A stretch of 64,000 nucleotides of DNA from an uncultured Methylomirabilota bacterium. Lineage in GTDB: Bacteria > Methylomirabilota > Methylomirabilia > Methylomirabilales > 2-02-FULL-66-22. Positions within the stretch are counted from its first letter, which is position 1. Every line of letters begins with the position of its first letter. The stretch spans positions 1,824,001 through 1,888,000 of the forward strand of contig OY970067.1 in NCBI GenBank assembly GCA_963705305.1, given 5' to 3'. This document shows positions 8,934-18,475 of the stretch, one piece after another. Below the pieces are notes generated by a model that was not told the DNA's origin, ran no database searches, and was given only the letters and a program-made list of their open reading frames with translations. Made by a program: the position numbers and the translations under genes.

Positions 8934-10598
8934 ATGGCCTACTATATCGAATTGAGACATGTCGGGTTGGGCAGGTATCGCCGTATCACTGGACCTGATC
9001 GGCTTACGGCTGAGTCGAGGGCTCAAATCATACAGGCTGCGTGGGACCGTCAATGGCAACGAGTCCTTGACGCAGACGAGAAGCACGAGGCTCGGGAGCG
9101 GGCGGTACAGGACCGTCAGGACAAGAAAGAGCTTGCGGCAGAGAGGACGGAAGAGGCGCGGGAGGTTCTGAGGGAGGTGGAGGAAATCCTCACCCACGCC
9201 TTGACGGTGGATGATCGCATCAACTGGGAGGCCATAAAGGACCGGGCGAAGTTCTCGAAAGCCAAGCCCAATCCCCCCGCCTCTCTCCCAGTTCCAACGG
9301 AACCCCAGCGGGAAGACGCACAGTTTCAACCTGACCTCTCCATTCTTGATAAGCTTCTGCCGTCCCATCGCGCCCGCAAGGAGCAAGAGGCCAGGAAGGC
9401 CTTCTTTGAGACCCAACATGCATGGAAGAAAGAGCTGGCAAGGGTCACACAAGAGAACGCAAAGGCAAAGGAAGCTTTTGAGCGGGCAAGCATAGAATGG
9501 GAGAAAGAGCGAGACGCCTTCACGGCAGCGCAAGCGAAACAGCATGAGCAGACCGACGCGCACCGCAAGGCCTACGAGAGTGGCGACCCGAGGGCCATTC
9601 AGGACTATTGCGAGTTGGTCCTCTCACGCTCACAATATCCAGACTGGATCACCCCCGCCGTCGAGGCAGAGTACAATTCAAACACCAAGACCTTGATCGT
9701 TGATTACGAGCTTCCAAGCATTGAGTCCCTGCCTCGGTTGAAGGAGGTGCGCTACATACAGAGTCGGGATGAGATCGAAGAAGTGCAGATTCCCGAGAGT
9801 ACAGCGACGAAGCTTTACGATAGCCTCATCTACCAGATAACTCTCCGCTCTGTCCATGAACTCTTTGAGGCAGACACGATAGGGGCGCTTGATTCGATTG
9901 CGTTCAATGGCTTTGTGGACTCCATTGACAAGGGGACAGGCCAGAACATCCGCCCGTGCATCCTCTCCCTCCATGTGCAGAAGTCGGAGTTCCTCAACGT
10001 CACCCTAAGCCAGGTTGAGCCCAAGGCGTGCTTCAAGAATATGAAAGGGGTGGGCAGCTCGAAGCTTCACAGCTTGACGCCTATCGCCCCCATTCTCCAG
10101 ATGGACCGCACAGACAAGCGTTTCGTTGAGGCGCGCTCCGTTGAGGGCACCCTGGACGAGGCCACAAATCTAGCCGCGATAGATTGGGAGGACTTTGAGC
10201 ATCTCATCCGGGAACTGTTCGAGGAGGAGTTCACCAGCTCCGGCGGAGAAGTGAAGATCACACAAGCCAGCAGAGACGGAGGAGTTGACGCGGTGGCGTT
10301 CGATCCCGACCCGATCCGTGGGGGCAAGATCGTCATTCAGGCCAAGCGCTACACCAACACCGTTGGCGTCTCAGCCGTGCGGGACCTGTACGGAACCGTG
10401 ATGAATGAGGGGGCCACAAAAGGCATTCTCGTTACCACGTCCGATTATGGCCCGGATGCGTATTCTTTCGCCAAAGGGAAACCCCTCACACTTCTCAACG
10501 GAGCCAATCTTCTCCACCTTCTGGAGAAGCACGGACACCGTGCGCGTATTGACCTTCAGGAGGCCAAGAAGTCCGGCCATCCCACATCACCAGATTGA
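8934..10598 (+). CDS. Mrr-family (type IV) restriction endonuclease with long coiled-coil N-terminus
   Basis: WEDFEHLI...DGGVD...IVIQAKRY...VRDLYG...GILVTTS (Mrr catalytic domain). Confidence 0.88.
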   Translation: MAYYIELRHVGLGRYRRITGPDRLTAESRAQIIQAAWDRQWQRVLDADEKHEARERAVQDRQDKKELAAERTEEAREVLREVEEILTHALTVDDRINWEAIKDRAKFSKAKPNPPASLPVPTEPQREDAQFQPDLSILDKLLPSHRARKEQEARKAFFETQHAWKKELARVTQENAKAKEAFERASIEWEKERDAFTAAQAKQHEQTDAHRKAYESGDPRAIQDYCELVLSRSQYPDWITPAVEAEYNSNTKTLIVDYELPSIESLPRLKEVRYIQSRDEIEEVQIPESTATKLYDSLIYQITLRSVHELFEADTIGALDSIAFNGFVDSIDKGTGQNIRPCILSLHVQKSEFLNVTLSQVEPKACFKNMKGVGSSKLHSLTPIAPILQMDRTDKRFVEARSVEGTLDEATNLAAIDWEDFEHLIRELFEEEFTSSGGEVKITQASRDGGVDAVAFDPDPIRGGKIVIQAKRYTNTVGVSAVRDLYGTVMNEGATKGILVTTSDYGPDAYSFAKGKPLTLLNGANLLHLLEKHGHRARIDLQEAKKSGHPTSPD

Positions 10599-11088
10599 GA
10601 TCTACTCCATCCAACGCCCGGATTCGTCCTTGATGGGGAGCCGGGCAGGACTCGAACTCGGGTCTTGGGCAATACCCCCTTGCTGACCTCTGCCAAAAGG
10701 TCTCGAACTTCAGATCTTCCCAGCTTCTTGGCCGGAGTGTCAAAATCACCTGATTGTGCCCTTGGCTTTCTCCCCCCTGTGCCGGTCGTTCTTGACATCA
10801 CCGACGGGCAAGCGGTAGCGTTCCCCCAATCTCCCCTACGGTCAGCATGAACTTCCCGCGTAGGCGCACGCTGCAACTCTTGGATCGACTGCGGCGGACC
10901 AGATTCACAAGGGGGAGGATAGGGAGACTTGATGGGGTGTGGATACAATTGGAGGGTCCTCGGGCCCTACCGTTCAACAGCTGCGGGGCGAAGGCTCCAC
11001 TGCTTGCCCCCTCAGATCGGCAAAGAGGATCCTGCTGAGGTCAGCGCCAGGCTCAACCGTATCATCAAGACGGTGGAGGAGTGGGCTG

Positions 11089-12243
11089 ATGCCTGACAGT
11101 TACGGTTCCACGCTCTATCCAAAGGAGTTCGTGGAGAGGTTGCCGAGGCTGAGGCAGCACGAGACGCGGCCATTACTGATGCTCCTCCGCGGCCAACACG
11201 AGAACGCGGCCGGGGAGATCGAGCGCATTGAGCGGTGGTTCCGAGAACTCGACGGTCCGGCAGATCGGAAGGCCGTGCTTGCCGGGAACCTGCGGGGTCT
11301 GAGGGCGATCCAGTTCTGGAGCGGGCTCTACGAGTTGTTGACCTCTCGGATCTTCGTCGAACGGGGATGGAGGGCGCGCTACGAGGTGCCGATCGCGGGT
11401 CTCACGCCGGACTTCACCGTCCCCTACACTGGCGGCGACCACTTCGTTGCCGAAGTGCTGACCGCATTCGAGGAGCGGGAGTATAGCCGTGAGGACGACG
11501 ATCTGCACTATGTGGCCAATGCCCTCGACACGATTCGCCGCCGAACCGGCGTCTTTATCGAAGAAGTCCACTTGCCCAAGACTCGGCCCAGTCTGAAGCG
11601 CTTGCGACAGAGTGTAGCCGCTTGGTTGGACACGTGCCCCGCCGATGGAGCCAGGCTCTCCTTGTCTGACGACCAGGTCGGGCTCTCGATAGTGCTGTCG
11701 TCAGTCAGCACGCGATCGGAGGACTCGCCGATCGTCGAGGGAATCGTCGGGCCAGGTGGCAAGATTTCGACTTACGCCACGATCCGAGACGCACTGCGCG
11801 GCAAGTCGGCGAAGTACGGTTCGGTCAAGGCAACCGGAGTACCCCTGGTGATTTTCGTCTGGGAGGGCGCCTGGACGCACGTTACCCACACCTCGCTAGA
11901 GTGGGCGCTGTGGGGCCGAGATCGCCTCAGATTCTCTCGGACGCCAAAGGGGATTGGTGACGCCGTGTGGGATCGGGAACCCGGCGGACTCTTCGGCTTC
12001 GGCCCGAATGGCAAGAGTGATCCTCAGCACACGAGAATCAGTGCCGTAATGTATTGCGTGAGGGTGTGCAATAAGGGGAATATCTCTGCTGGACTTCGGC
12101 TGTACCATCACCCACACGCGGCCAATCCTTTGCCCCTCAAGGTCTTCGAAGGGATAGCGCAATGCGTTCCCGTCGAGGTCACGCCGAACCGTGTGTCGGC
12201 TCAGTGGGATCGGCAGCCCGGAACCAGCATGTTGCTGCGGTAG
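11089..12243 (+). CDS. Hypothetical protein, PD-(D/E)XK-like
   Basis: GGAGGAG RBS before ATG 11089; LYELL...RYEVP...TPDF...AEV motif. Confidence 0.55.
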   Translation: MPDSYGSTLYPKEFVERLPRLRQHETRPLLMLLRGQHENAAGEIERIERWFRELDGPADRKAVLAGNLRGLRAIQFWSGLYELLTSRIFVERGWRARYEVPIAGLTPDFTVPYTGGDHFVAEVLTAFEEREYSREDDDLHYVANALDTIRRRTGVFIEEVHLPKTRPSLKRLRQSVAAWLDTCPADGARLSLSDDQVGLSIVLSSVSTRSEDSPIVEGIVGPGGKISTYATIRDALRGKSAKYGSVKATGVPLVIFVWEGAWTHVTHTSLEWALWGRDRLRFSRTPKGIGDAVWDREPGGLFGFGPNGKSDPQHTRISAVMYCVRVCNKGNISAGLRLYHHPHAANPLPLKVFEGIAQCVPVEVTPNRVSAQWDRQPGTSMLLR

Positions 12244-12405
12244 TGGGCATCGGTGGTATCGACTCGTCGGAGGTGGGCTAGCTCCTCGCTGAACCGCTGG
12301 TGAGGGCGTCAGGTAACAAGCAAACGCCAACGCGAGCACAGACGCCAAGTCCTGCCCCGAGTTTGAAAGTGGCTAACTGCGAAGCAGCTGGGAGGAGCGC
12401 GTGCG

Positions 12406-13095
12406 ATGAGTGAGGAACACACGGCAGATCAAGTGAAGGCAGAGCACTTGAGCCAACTTGGATTGAGGCTCGGCCCAGTCTTCTCTGAGCTGCAGAGCGA
12501 TGTCGCGTGGCTACAGGTGAAGTGGACCGAGTATCGGGAACTGTACGGAACCTCTCCTGAACGTGTGGGCCTTCTTAACGAGGCCGCCGGTCTCTTCTTC
12601 AAAATCCTCCAGAACACTCTATGGGAGGACGCACTCTTGCATCTGTGCCGCCTCACCGATCCATCAGTGATGAGGGGCAGGCAAAACCTGTCCATCCAGG
12701 CACTACCGGAACTGTGTGAGGATCCCAATCTGCGAGGTGAGGTCGCGGAACTCGTGTCCCGGGCGCTGACAGCGTGTTCCTTTGCGCGGGACTGGCGAAA
12801 TCGACACATCGGCCACAGGGATCGCACCCTAGCTCTCCAGCCCACCAGCAAGCCGTTGACCCCTGGAAGCAGAGCCGATGTATCGGCTGCCATTGCCTCT
12901 GTTCATGAAGTGCTGAACCACATCAGCGAGCGGCTATTGGGTTCGAAATTGGCCGACACGGTCATTGTCCCACCGACTGGTGCTCTCGCTCTGCTTTACC
13001 TGCTCCGTGACGGGCGCGAAGCACAAGCCGCAAAGAAAGAGCGAATCCGTTCCGGGCGGTACTCCGCAGAGGACCTTCAAGATCGCCCGATCTGA
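12406..13095 (+). CDS. HEPN-domain protein (AbiU2-like)
   Basis: GGAGGAG RBS; LCRLTD...NLS and RNRHIGH (Rx4-6H) motifs. Confidence 0.7.
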   Translation: MSEEHTADQVKAEHLSQLGLRLGPVFSELQSDVAWLQVKWTEYRELYGTSPERVGLLNEAAGLFFKILQNTLWEDALLHLCRLTDPSVMRGRQNLSIQALPELCEDPNLRGEVAELVSRALTACSFARDWRNRHIGHRDRTLALQPTSKPLTPGSRADVSAAIASVHEVLNHISERLLGSKLADTVIVPPTGALALLYLLRDGREAQAAKKERIRSGRYSAEDLQDRPI

Positions 13096-13156
13096 GGTGC
13101 TGCCCGATTCTTCTTGACGGTGGGAATAAGCGCGACTATATTATTTGCGATCGCCC

Positions 13157-13836
13157 ATGGAATCATGGATGTTCATATGCTCACGCGAACAGAAGTGCTG
13201 ACCCTGACTGGGCTGACCGGAAAGGCGCTGTCCTGGTACCGGGAGCTGGGGCTGATCCCCAAACCTGTCATCATCCGCCGAGGACGCGGAACGCAAGTCC
13301 TATTCCCCCCAGAGGTGGTTCGCGTGATCAGTGGCGTCCAGGGACTCCAGAAGCTCGGCTATTCTCTGCGCGCGATCCGCGACCGGTTCCAGGACCCCGA
13401 TGTCTATGCCCGGGTACTGGAGCCTACCCCCGAGGAAAAGGCGAGGGCGATCAGCCCGGTATTGGTCCCGGAGAATGAAAGCGCCGGGGAGGGCAGGGTA
13501 GTGCCGGTCAGTGGGATCGAGGTGGAGGTCAAGCGCGGCGAACGGGCATGGGGCCTGGACCGCCTGTACGAGGCTGTCGAGCGCGAGATCGGCAAAGCCA
13601 GCCAGGTCCACGTCGTTCTCCGCCGAGAAGGTGCGCGGGTATTTGCGAAGGTGACGGCCGTCCGCGGGGTAGCGCGCCAGCCACTCACCCGTCCCGCGCC
13701 CCGGCGAGTCGGTACCCCACGAACCATTCGCCGAACCAAAGCCGCCCACCGAGCGCGCGAGGATACGTCTTCGGAGGGTGAGGACCTGCCTGCGGTGATC
13801 CCTCCGAATTCCAGCCGCGCCCCGACCTCCACGTGA
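13157..13836 (+). CDS. MerR-like HTH DNA-binding protein (possible excisionase or regulator)
   Basis: LTRTEVLTLTGLTGKALSWYRELGLIP...GYSLRAIR; start codon uncertain. Confidence 0.65.
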
Positions 13837-13856
13837 GTGTCGGGGCGTTCTTTTTT
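13817..13856 (+). terminator. Intrinsic terminator-like hairpin
   Basis: CGCCCCGAC...GTCGGGGCG stem followed by TTCTTTTTT. Confidence 0.6.
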
Positions 13857-13892
13857 CACAGGAGCGCAGAGGCTCCAGCGCCCTAACGCGGG

Positions 13893-14135
13893 ATGCAGAT
13901 GAACTCCCGAGGAGACTTCGCCACCAGCGACATTCACCTCGCCAGCTACCTGCTCGCCACCGATCACCCGCTGCGCCAGCTCGACGGTGGCCCCGGCCAT
14001 CGTGTCTTCATCTTCGGCGACGTTGCGGCCGATGAGGTGACCGCCTTCTACGCGGGGGTCAAGGTGGACGCGCGGAAGCTGCTCGGGGCGATGCGGGACC
14101 TGAAAGGCCTCCTCGCCCAAGGGCTACGGCGATGA
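13893..14135 (+). CDS. Small protein resembling DUF5659
   Basis: TSDIHLASYL...FIF...FY pattern; overlaps the helicase start (ATGA). Confidence 0.55.
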   Translation: MQMNSRGDFATSDIHLASYLLATDHPLRQLDGGPGHRVFIFGDVAADEVTAFYAGVKVDARKLLGAMRDLKGLLAQGLRR

Positions 14136-15918
14136 CGAGCCGGCCGTCGCAGGCCTCGAAGCCCGTCTGGCACAACCTTGAGGCGGAAGTCGGGGTCCTA
14201 GGGGCCTGCCTGCAGGATGACGAGGCGGCGCGGCAAGCGACTGCCATGCTCTCCCCATCGGACTTATACCGAGATATCCACGGGGAGATCTTTGGGGTGA
14301 TCCAATCCCTCGTCGCGCGAGAGTCCATCGTAAACCTCGTCACCGTCGGCGAGGATCTGGAACGGCGCGGCCGCCTCCAGGCCGTCGGTGGCTCCGCCTA
14401 CCTGGCCGGATTGGTGGACGCGGTCCCGACCTCAGCCCCCCTGGTTCATTACGTTCGCATCGTGCGACGGTACGCGCTCCTGCGGAAATTCTACCAGGTC
14501 TGCCGGGAGGCCGCGAGTGAGGCCCGAACGGGTGCGGATCCTGCTGAAGTGCTCGTGAAACATCTGAGGGTCTTGGAGGAGCTTCGGGCCTCCGTCACCC
14601 CCGAGCCCGAGAGAGATTTGACAATAGGCGCAGATGCGTTCCTCACACCGCCTCCGGAGCTGCCGTGGGACATCGAAAAGGTTCGAGTCCATGACGACCA
14701 CGGCTGGACTGGCGGGGCCCCGAAGTCAATGAAAGGCCTGCTCCCTTAATCTCCGGATAACGTCGCAGGGCAGTAGCGCACCCGTGTGGCGCCCGCAATC
14801 ATGGCCGCGGGGCTGGCTGCCCGCATCGGACCTGGCTGCACCCGATGGGTGGCGCCCCGCAGAGGCGATGGGCACGTTAGCCGGAGATTTGGGTGCTCAG
14901 CCTGGAGGAGGCGCGGGCGTGTGCGACCGGGACGCTTTTCCTCGGGCACTTTCCCACGCAGAAACAGCGGGTCCTGTATGTCAGCGAGGAGGACCGCCAG
15001 GACCGCCTTCACCGTCGGTACCACGCAGCCGTGAAAGGCCGCCCGCCAGACGAGGTGCCCGGGCCAGAGGCCCTGCGCTTCCTCATCAAGGCGGGGGTGA
15101 GACTGGACCTGGAGTCCGGCCGGCAGCTCCTGCGCCGCCACATCGAACTCCACCGGCCGGACGTGGTCTTTCTGGAGCATTTCGATCGCTTGCACGCGGT
15201 GAACCCGAACAAACCCGAGGAGATCAAGCCGCTGCTGAACTTTCTCGACGATCTGCACCGTGAGTTCGGCTGCGTGTTCCGGGTGCAAAAGCACAACCGC
15301 AAGGAGGCGGCCGGACAGAGCCGGCGGAAGGGCGAAATGCTCGCCGGGACCATCGCACAGCACGGGTGGGGGGAGTCGTCGATTTACCTGACCCTGGTGC
15401 GGCGTGGGATCGCCCTTGTCGAGGTGGAGGCCAAAGACGGAGACACCGCTGCGCGGTTTCGCGTGCAGTATCAGGATGGTCGCATGGTCTATGGCGGAGA
15501 AGCGAACAGCGGGGATCGCATGGGGAGGTCCGGGGCGAATCAGGGACGGGTGCTGCGGGCTGTGGCTGACCAGCCTGGAGCCTCTGTTGAGGAACTCGCA
15601 AAGGCGGTGGACATGAGCGACAAGACGATCCGTCGGCACCTAAAGCGGCTCGAAGAGGCGGGCGAAGTGGTTGGACACCAGGAGAGTTCCAAGCAGCCGC
15701 GCCGTTACTGGCCGAACTCCGCAGAGGCACAGGAGAATATGCTTGGACAGCAGCCGGATTGTCCAAGCGACCGAACAGATGCCCAGCTTGAGGGCAGGTG
15801 GGTGGACACGCATGGAAGCACCCCTGAAGGGTGTTCCATGCGTCTGTCCAACCTCCCAGGACGAGGTCATGGGGGCCAGAGCGGCGGCGAGGTCGCGTCT
15901 CGCCAGCATGAGAGCTGA
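14132..15918 (+). pseudogene. DnaB N-terminal domain + RecA-like AAA_25 helicase + C-terminal wHTH, disrupted by a MITE
   Basis: HNLEAEVGVLGACL (DnaB_N); GAPKSMKG Walker A-like; VLYVSEED; removing 14744-14898 restores KGLL-SLEEAR in frame. Confidence 0.85.
14744..14893. mobile_element. IS1380-type MITE, 150 bp
   Basis: IRs CCTTAATCTCCGGATAA / TTAGCCGGAGATTTGGG; 5-bp TSD TGCTC at 14739-43 and 14894-98. Confidence 0.9.
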
Positions 15919-16298
15919 GGTTCTAGCGTGGCCCGCTGTACCCAGCCGTTCCGAATGGTACGAGGCCCAGGATGCTAGGGGGACGGAACAGACAAGAAAG
16001 TGGGGCCGCGCGGCAGGTGCGGCGGAGGCAGATCCCTCCCGCCGATGCCTCCATCCCTCCCGTCCTCGATGACTTCCTGCGTGTAGTCGGCCGGCTCGCG
16101 GGGGAGGCCGTCCTCCGCAAGTACCGAACGGCGGGCGGGCGGTCCGAGCAGGATAGGCAGAGGAGCCCGAAGGGGGACTGCATCCGGGCATCGACTCAGG
16201 AAGGGAACCAGCTCGACCCTCCCATGCCCTCCAGGTCGGCAAATGATTGATTGCCTAGATCCAGATTTTTCGAAATCATTACCAGGGGGCTTGATGGA

Positions 16299-16316
16299 TT
16301 ATTACTTAAGTAATAA
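16299..16316. promoter_or_regulatory. Perfect 18-bp palindrome, probable operator
   Basis: TTATTACTTAAGTAATAA directly upstream of the RHH gene and recombinase. Confidence 0.6.
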
Positions 16317-16340
16317 CTTGTTGATGGAGGTAATATCACC

Positions 16341-16502
16341 ATGGCCATGAAACGGACGTCGCTCCATCTGGATGACCGGGACTTGCGGGCCCTGGACCGG
16401 ATCGCCGAGGCGGAGACCAAGGCGACGGGGATCCGGGTGTCCGCGTCCGGGATCGTCCGGCGGCTCATCAAACAATTCCTCCGCGCGCAGGGCCCGCGGT
16501 AG
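16341..16502 (+). CDS. Ribbon-helix-helix (CopG-like) regulator, 53 aa, not in the ORF track
   Basis: GGAGGT RBS; MAMKRTSLHLDDRDLRALDRIAEAETKATGIRVSASGIVRRLIKQFL. Confidence 0.75.
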   Translation: MAMKRTSLHLDDRDLRALDRIAEAETKATGIRVSASGIVRRLIKQFLRAQGPR

Positions 16503-16542
16503 CGCGGGGCGCGAAGGAGATCTGGTCTCTCGGGAGGTAGGC

Positions 16543-18312
16543 ATGAGATACACCCGAACACCCGCCCAGCCGGACCCCGGCCCCCCCGGGCGCCCCTTCG
16601 CGGGGCTCTGCTTCGCCATCTACGGCCGGAAGTCCACCCTCGACGCCCGGCACGAGGACCACAAGTCCGTGACCCGCCAGGTCGAGCAGGCGACGCGCTA
16701 TGTCGAGGCCCGGGGCGGGGAGGCCCTCCCGGGCCACGTGTACCTCGACGACGAGGTCAGCGGGGCGGAGTTCCGGGCGCGGGCGGGCCTCCTGCGGTTC
16801 CTTGACACCCTGAAAAATGGGAGGGCCTTCAACGCGGTCGTCACGTCCGAGGAGTCCCGCTTCGGCCGGGAGCAGCTCGAAACGGGCTACCTCCTGAAGC
16901 AGATCACTGACGCCGGCGTCCGGGTGTTCTACTACCTCGAAGACCGGGAGGCCCGCCTCGACTCGGCCCTCGACAAGATCATGGCCTCGCTCACGCTCTT
17001 CGGCGCCGAGCTGGAGCGGGAGAAGGCCCGGCAGCGGGCCCGGGATGCCGCCGAGCGGAAGGCCCGCCAGGGCCTCGTCACGGGCGGGGAGCCCTACGGC
17101 TACCAGAATGTCCCCTACCGCGCCGGGCAGGAGGTCCCCCCCGGGGAGCCCCACGACTGCGTGAAGCGTCGGATCCAGCCGGCCGAGGCGGCCATCGTCC
17201 GGGGGATCTTCCGGATGTACGCCGCCGGCTGGGGCATCACCAAGATCGCCAAGACCCTGAACGGCGTCCCGACCTATGCCGCGCAGAGCGCGGAATTCTT
17301 CACCGGCCAGCGGGTGGCCGCCCCCCGGACCGGCTCGTGGGCGCCGACGGCCATCCGGGCTATGCTCCACAGCCCCCTCTACCGCGGGGAGCTCGTCTGG
17401 GGACGGACGACGCACACGGACCGCGACGGCCGGGCCCGGCTCACGGCGCGCCGGCCGGCCCGGGAGTGGCTCCGGCAGCCCGCCCCCGACCTGCAGATCA
17501 TCCCGGACGAGTTGTGGGCCGCCGTCCAGGCCCAGCTCACCCGGCAGGCCGAGAAGTTCGCCCAGCCCGGCGCTGGCCGGGTGGCCGCCCCGGACCTCCG
17601 GCGGGAGGGTCGGTACCTCCTCTCCGGCCTGGCCCAGTGCGGCGTCTGCGGGGGGACCTTCGCCGTGGCGGGGGGCAAGTACCGGCGGTACGGCTGCGCC
17701 CACGCCCTGAAGCGGGGCGTCTGCGACAACCGCCTCTCCCAGCGGGTGGAACTGGTCGAGGAATCCTTCCTCGCCACCCTGGAGCGGGAGGCCCTCCTCA
17801 CCCCCGCGCGGTTCCTGCGGGCGGTCGAGTACGGGGTGGCGCGGGTGCAAGAGGAGCTCGCCGCGCAGCCGGACCGGCGGCCCGCCCTGGAAGAGGAGCG
17901 GGCCACTCTCACCCGGCAAATCGCGCACCTCGTGGCGGCCATCGGCAACGGCCATGGCCCGGCGGCCCTGGTGGCGGAGATCGAGAAGGCCGAAACCCGG
18001 CTCCGGGACATCGAGGGGGAACTCGCCCGCCTGACGGTGCCGCCAGCCCTCGGCGTCCTTGACCTGAAGCGGATCGAGCGGGATGTAGCGCGGGAGCTCG
18101 GCCGCTTTGCCGCCCTCCTCCGTGGCGACGTGCCGCAAGCCCGGCAAGCCCTGAAGCGGCTCCTGGCGGACCGCGTGACGTTCGATCCGGTCGAGCTGGG
18201 AGACGGCACGTGGACGTATGAGTTTCGGGGAGAGTTGACCTACGGGGCGGTCTTACAGGAGGTTGTATCTATGGAAAAAATCCCCCTGGGGACACCATTT
18301 ATATATACGTAA
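16543..18312 (+). CDS. Large serine recombinase (integrase)
   Basis: GGAGGT RBS; IYGRKST catalytic Ser, ESRFGR, recombinase domain (PYGY; W..TAIRAML..PLYRG), LLSGLAQCGVCG Zn ribbon, coiled coil. Confidence 0.95.
   Translation: MRYTRTPAQPDPGPPGRPFAGLCFAIYGRKSTLDARHEDHKSVTRQVEQATRYVEARGGEALPGHVYLDDEVSGAEFRARAGLLRFLDTLKNGRAFNAVVTSEESRFGREQLETGYLLKQITDAGVRVFYYLEDREARLDSALDKIMASLTLFGAELEREKARQRARDAAERKARQGLVTGGEPYGYQNVPYRAGQEVPPGEPHDCVKRRIQPAEAAIVRGIFRMYAAGWGITKIAKTLNGVPTYAAQSAEFFTGQRVAAPRTGSWAPTAIRAMLHSPLYRGELVWGRTTHTDRDGRARLTARRPAREWLRQPAPDLQIIPDELWAAVQAQLTRQAEKFAQPGAGRVAAPDLRREGRYLLSGLAQCGVCGGTFAVAGGKYRRYGCAHALKRGVCDNRLSQRVELVEESFLATLEREALLTPARFLRAVEYGVARVQEELAAQPDRRPALEEERATLTRQIAHLVAAIGNGHGPAALVAEIEKAETRLRDIEGELARLTVPPALGVLDLKRIERDVARELGRFAALLRGDVPQARQALKRLLADRVTFDPVELGDGTWTYEFRGELTYGAVLQEVVSMEKIPLGTPFIYT
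18264..18309 (+). other. att-like site A, inside the recombinase 3' end
   Basis: TGTATCTATGGAAAAAATCCCC-CT-GGGGACACCATTTATATATACG; imperfect palindrome around CT. Confidence 0.75.
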
Positions 18313-18475
18313 GTGTGATTCGGTTTGGATCTGTTCCTTGACGATTTTCCCGCGTTGAACTGACCCCCCATCGAAATCAACTATCCCATTCCTCCGCCTG
18401 CAAGGCTGATCCGGACTCTTGTTCGAGGCGGGCGGGCGCATCCTTGAGTTACGGGGGTGGGGCCCGTATCGTCCG

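Noticed and set aside
12250..12390. Possible attC site between the 11089 and 12406 genes
   Set aside because: Could not identify paired R and L boxes by eye; too degenerate to call
18279..18297. A complete tRNA gene at the GGGGACACCA sites
   Set aside because: No TTCGA T-loop, anticodon arm or 5' acceptor strand upstream of any copy; only a 3'-like fragment
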